A stretch of 64,000 nt of DNA from Giardia intestinalis. Lineage: Eukaryota. Shown in pieces: positions 61,690 to 64,000 of the stretch (position 1 is the stretch's first letter; every line of letters begins with the position of its first letter). The stretch is from NCBI GenBank assembly GCA_000002435.2, contig CM018792.1; one strand, written 5' to 3'. The notes beneath the pieces are model-generated. The model ran no database searches and had not been told where the DNA came from. It worked only from the letters and a program-made list of their open reading frames with translations. Made by a program: the position numbers and the translations under genes.

Positions 61690-61954
61690 ATCCATCCCCG
61701 GGACCCGACGACAACGACCGAGAAGGGGCAAAGACTGGACACACAGCCGAGTTGAATCCCAACCAGAAGAGAAAGCCCGCTAGCTGCTGCTGATCTGTAT
61801 GGACAGTATTGAGAATGACAACAAAGACCAGAGCTTCACTCACCGTGAAGGGAGAACAAGGAGAGGCGCTCTAACAGGCCAGCGAACCTGCAGGACGGCT
61901 TGATCTCTGAAAGAACCGATGTGCACATCCAGTCTGAGTGTACTCCTGTAGAAT

Positions 61955-64000
61955 AGCCGAGGAACGCAGATAGCTCCTCCTTACAACCGCTGTGATTATC
62001 GTTACGGCCCGTGACCAACCCTCGTCTCCGGACATCGCCAAAAATTGAGCGGGAATTTACTCGCGAGATTTTGGACAGCGCCCGCAGGCGAGGGCCCCAG
62101 CAGCACCACTGTTGCCTGGGCGGAGGGCACTCCCGAGTCCACAGAGGGATGGGTCACAGATAGACAGCCTCCAGTCACCACAGCTGCGATCACCCGACAT
62201 GGCCCACCGGACCAGGGACACATACAACACCGCCCACCCGGTCCCCACCATGCCAGTCTTCGAGGGCCATCACACTAGAGGCCTGAGAGCACCCCATCCC
62301 ATCCACAGGCTCATCCACACCCCTGCTGGCCCGAGGTGAACTACCGTCGAGGCACTGGACAGGGCATGCCAGGGGCTCAGCAGACCCGCACAGAGCACCA
62401 GCGAGCAACAGGAGAGGCTGCGATGGCCTGCCTCAACACTCACGTACTAGTCAAACAGAGAAGCAGTACTGCCCGAGACATGCAGGGGCCAAGGGAGGCG
62501 CTCAGTCAGGGGACACGACACGATCGTCGGTGCCTCTGTCTCAGGAGTGCAACGAAGGCTGGGGATCAGACGCAACCACCTTGGCAAACAGAGAGGGGAT
62601 CACCCACCACCCCACTGGCCCACCGGATCCAGAGGCACATACAACACCCCCCGCCTCAGCCCCCACCAGAGCCCTCCAGCCTCACCCACCAACCCCGCCT
62701 CACCCACCAGCTGACCCACTGAGACCCAAGTGACCGCGACCGTGGGAGCCCTGACTCGAGCCACAGCTGCCCGGACACTGAGAGGCCCAGCCAGCGGAGA
62801 GCCCGATGACGGCCCCTGACAGACGGGAGCATCTAAAAAAGGACAGTGACCAGAGTTACACCCACCAAGGCGGCAGACCAAGGAGAGGCGCCACTGATAG
62901 AGCAGAGAGTCCACGAGAAGGCCTGAACCCCGAAAGGACCGGCGTGCATACTCAGCCTGAGCACACCCCTGCGGAGCGACTGAGAGACGCAAAAGACTCC
63001 TGGTATACAAGTGAAGGGAGATCCCTATTATATCATTAACGACCAACCCTCGTCTCTGAACTGGCCAGGAATGACGAGACCCACTCGTGAAATTTCTGGA
63101 TTACGCCTGCAGGTAAGCCTGAAGCCCGCCACACAGGCGGAACTGATGAGTTGTTCCACTGGAGGTTGGTCTGAGACCGCGCTTCTCCGAGAGATGGCGG
63201 AAGATGTCGTCTAGGGGGGATCATCAGCGAACCAGATACAAGACTAGCGCAAGAGCACCCGTCAATGGTAGTGGGTCAGTGTATCGCAGATCTGCCTGCG
63301 GTATGCTTCAGAAAGACCCGCCCCTGCAAAAACCCACGTGGAATACTCCATCACCGCCACCAGAACCTGGACACATCCAAGCCTTCATATCTGAAATCCC
63401 GAGCGGTCAACAGACTAGCGGTCCAGGCACGACTGATGTACCGGAAGCAGCCGGAAACCGTCCTTGGTGGAAGAGTAAACCTCCTCGTACAGACAGGCAG
63501 GACTCCCTGGAATGCTTACGGAGACGGACGAGCTGCCTGTTGTGTCTCTGTTGCCACGGTCTATAACGAGGGAGAATGAGAGGCCCTCCGCGAATGACAG
63601 GATGGCGTTCTCATCACTCACGTGACGTCGTTCAGAAGTGTGCCCAGTATTACACTCTACTGTGTATCACACAGATTGATAATAATGTATTAATAGTTCT
63701 GTCCGTCTCCTAGTAACCGGCTGACCCCAATGTTCTGTAGATTTGTTCTCGCGGGGGTAATCCTTCAGTTTGTATGGACGGCACAGATAGCAGAAAAAGC
63801 TGGAACGGCTACCTGTGCAGATCAAACTACCAATTGTGCCGATGAGGCATGCAACGTTCTGATTGATGGTAAATTGTATTGCTCTCAATGCAAGGCAGAT
63901 CCCGCTGATCGCGCTCCTGTCAACGGGGTATGCACAGATGTGTCGTCTGATACAGCAGTATGTAAGACACACGCAGGCGGAAAATGTACAGGATGTAACG
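61955..64000. repeat. right arm of perfect inverted duplication (reverse complement of 57195-59240)
   Basis: See the left arm entry. It includes the second VSP start. Confidence 0.9.
63730..64000 (+). CDS. vsp: second VSP copy, 5-prime partial (first 90 codons identical to VSP at 55222..57465)
   Basis: ATG at 63730. Translation MFCRFVLAGVILQFVWTAQIAEKAGTATCADQTTNCADEACNVLIDGKLYCSQCK... is identical to the first VSP. It runs off the window. Confidence 0.85.
   Translation, partial: MFCRFVLAGVILQFVWTAQIAEKAGTATCADQTTNCADEACNVLIDGKLYCSQCKADPADRAPVNGVCTDVSSDTAVCKTHAGGKCTGCN

Larger units (their letters stand above)
59241..61954 (+). mobile_element. degenerate non-LTR retrotransposon of R2/Genie-like (GilD/Genie-2-like) architecture: ZF - RT - Cys-His - REL-endonuclease, multiple frameshifts
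   Basis: Zinc finger CWLCGQPCESAKQLTEHLREANDDRH (~59404-59480). RT motif 0-2 LGLSTRR/GLGPVQLKAMK...GYRPIAIGETVTNIFHRVLL (59940-60192, split by a frameshift). Motif A LDITNALNSL (60308). GVPQGDPLSMLLF, then YADD at 60554-60565. Cys-His CPGCHTARTLDRDMIVTC (~61230). PD-(D/E)xK KPDIWLVDKCKAVDVRV...EKAKKY (61357-61458). At least 4 frame changes. Confidence 0.8.

Noticed and set aside
1-64000. Telomere repeats (TAGGG)n or CRISPR-like arrays
   Set aside because: No tandem TAGGG runs found by eye. The window is eukaryotic, so CRISPR is not expected and no regular short repeat-spacer array is present.

Overview
This window reads as nuclear DNA of Giardia intestinalis (lamblia) or a very close relative. 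Evidence for that call:
- A cysteine-rich surface protein gene at 55222..57465 (-) ends in the diagnostic ...FICRGKA-stop.
- The VSP-specific extended poly(A) signal ACTTAGGTAGTAAAC follows that stop immediately.
- A 1615-aa high-cysteine membrane protein is present.
- An ankyrin 'Protein 21.1'-type gene and a probable NEK-type kinase are present.
- ATG codons sit immediately behind short AT-rich initiators (ATTTTAAAAT-like).
- The [AG]GTAAA[CT] type poly(A) signals overlap stop codons.
- Intergenic spacers are tiny (20-100 bp), with divergent and overlapping gene pairs.

Positions 1-50500 are ordinary gene-dense core genome, about 30 genes. Recognisable products are isoleucyl-tRNA synthetase, ribosomal proteins S10e, L7 and L3, Sec24, a CHMP1/Vps46-like ESCRT-III protein, alpha-SNAP-like, Kelch, WD40 and an OSCA/TMEM63-like channel. 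The same block also holds a bacterial-type radical-SAM/SPASM enzyme, a degenerate kinesin-like protein, a GLUG-repeat/EGF surface protein and a tRNA-Leu(UAG). The 4.7 kb at 50525-55204 is atypically ORF-free. It is followed by a complete VSP gene and a large, perfect palindrome:
- Two arms of at least 2.05 kb (57195-59240 and 61955-64000) are exact reverse complements of each other.
- Each arm carries a VSP start codon, at least 270 bp of identical VSP coding sequence and 1.77 kb of upstream sequence. The second VSP copy is truncated by the window end.
- The 2.7 kb unique centre (59241-61954) is a frameshift-riddled R2/Genie-like non-LTR retrotransposon. It has an N-terminal zinc finger, reverse transcriptase motifs 0-2, A and YADD, a Cys-His motif and a PD-(D/E)xK REL endonuclease.

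The ORF track uses alternative start codons (CTG/GTG/TTG shown as M). Several starts were therefore moved to the first ATG that sits behind an AT-rich initiator.
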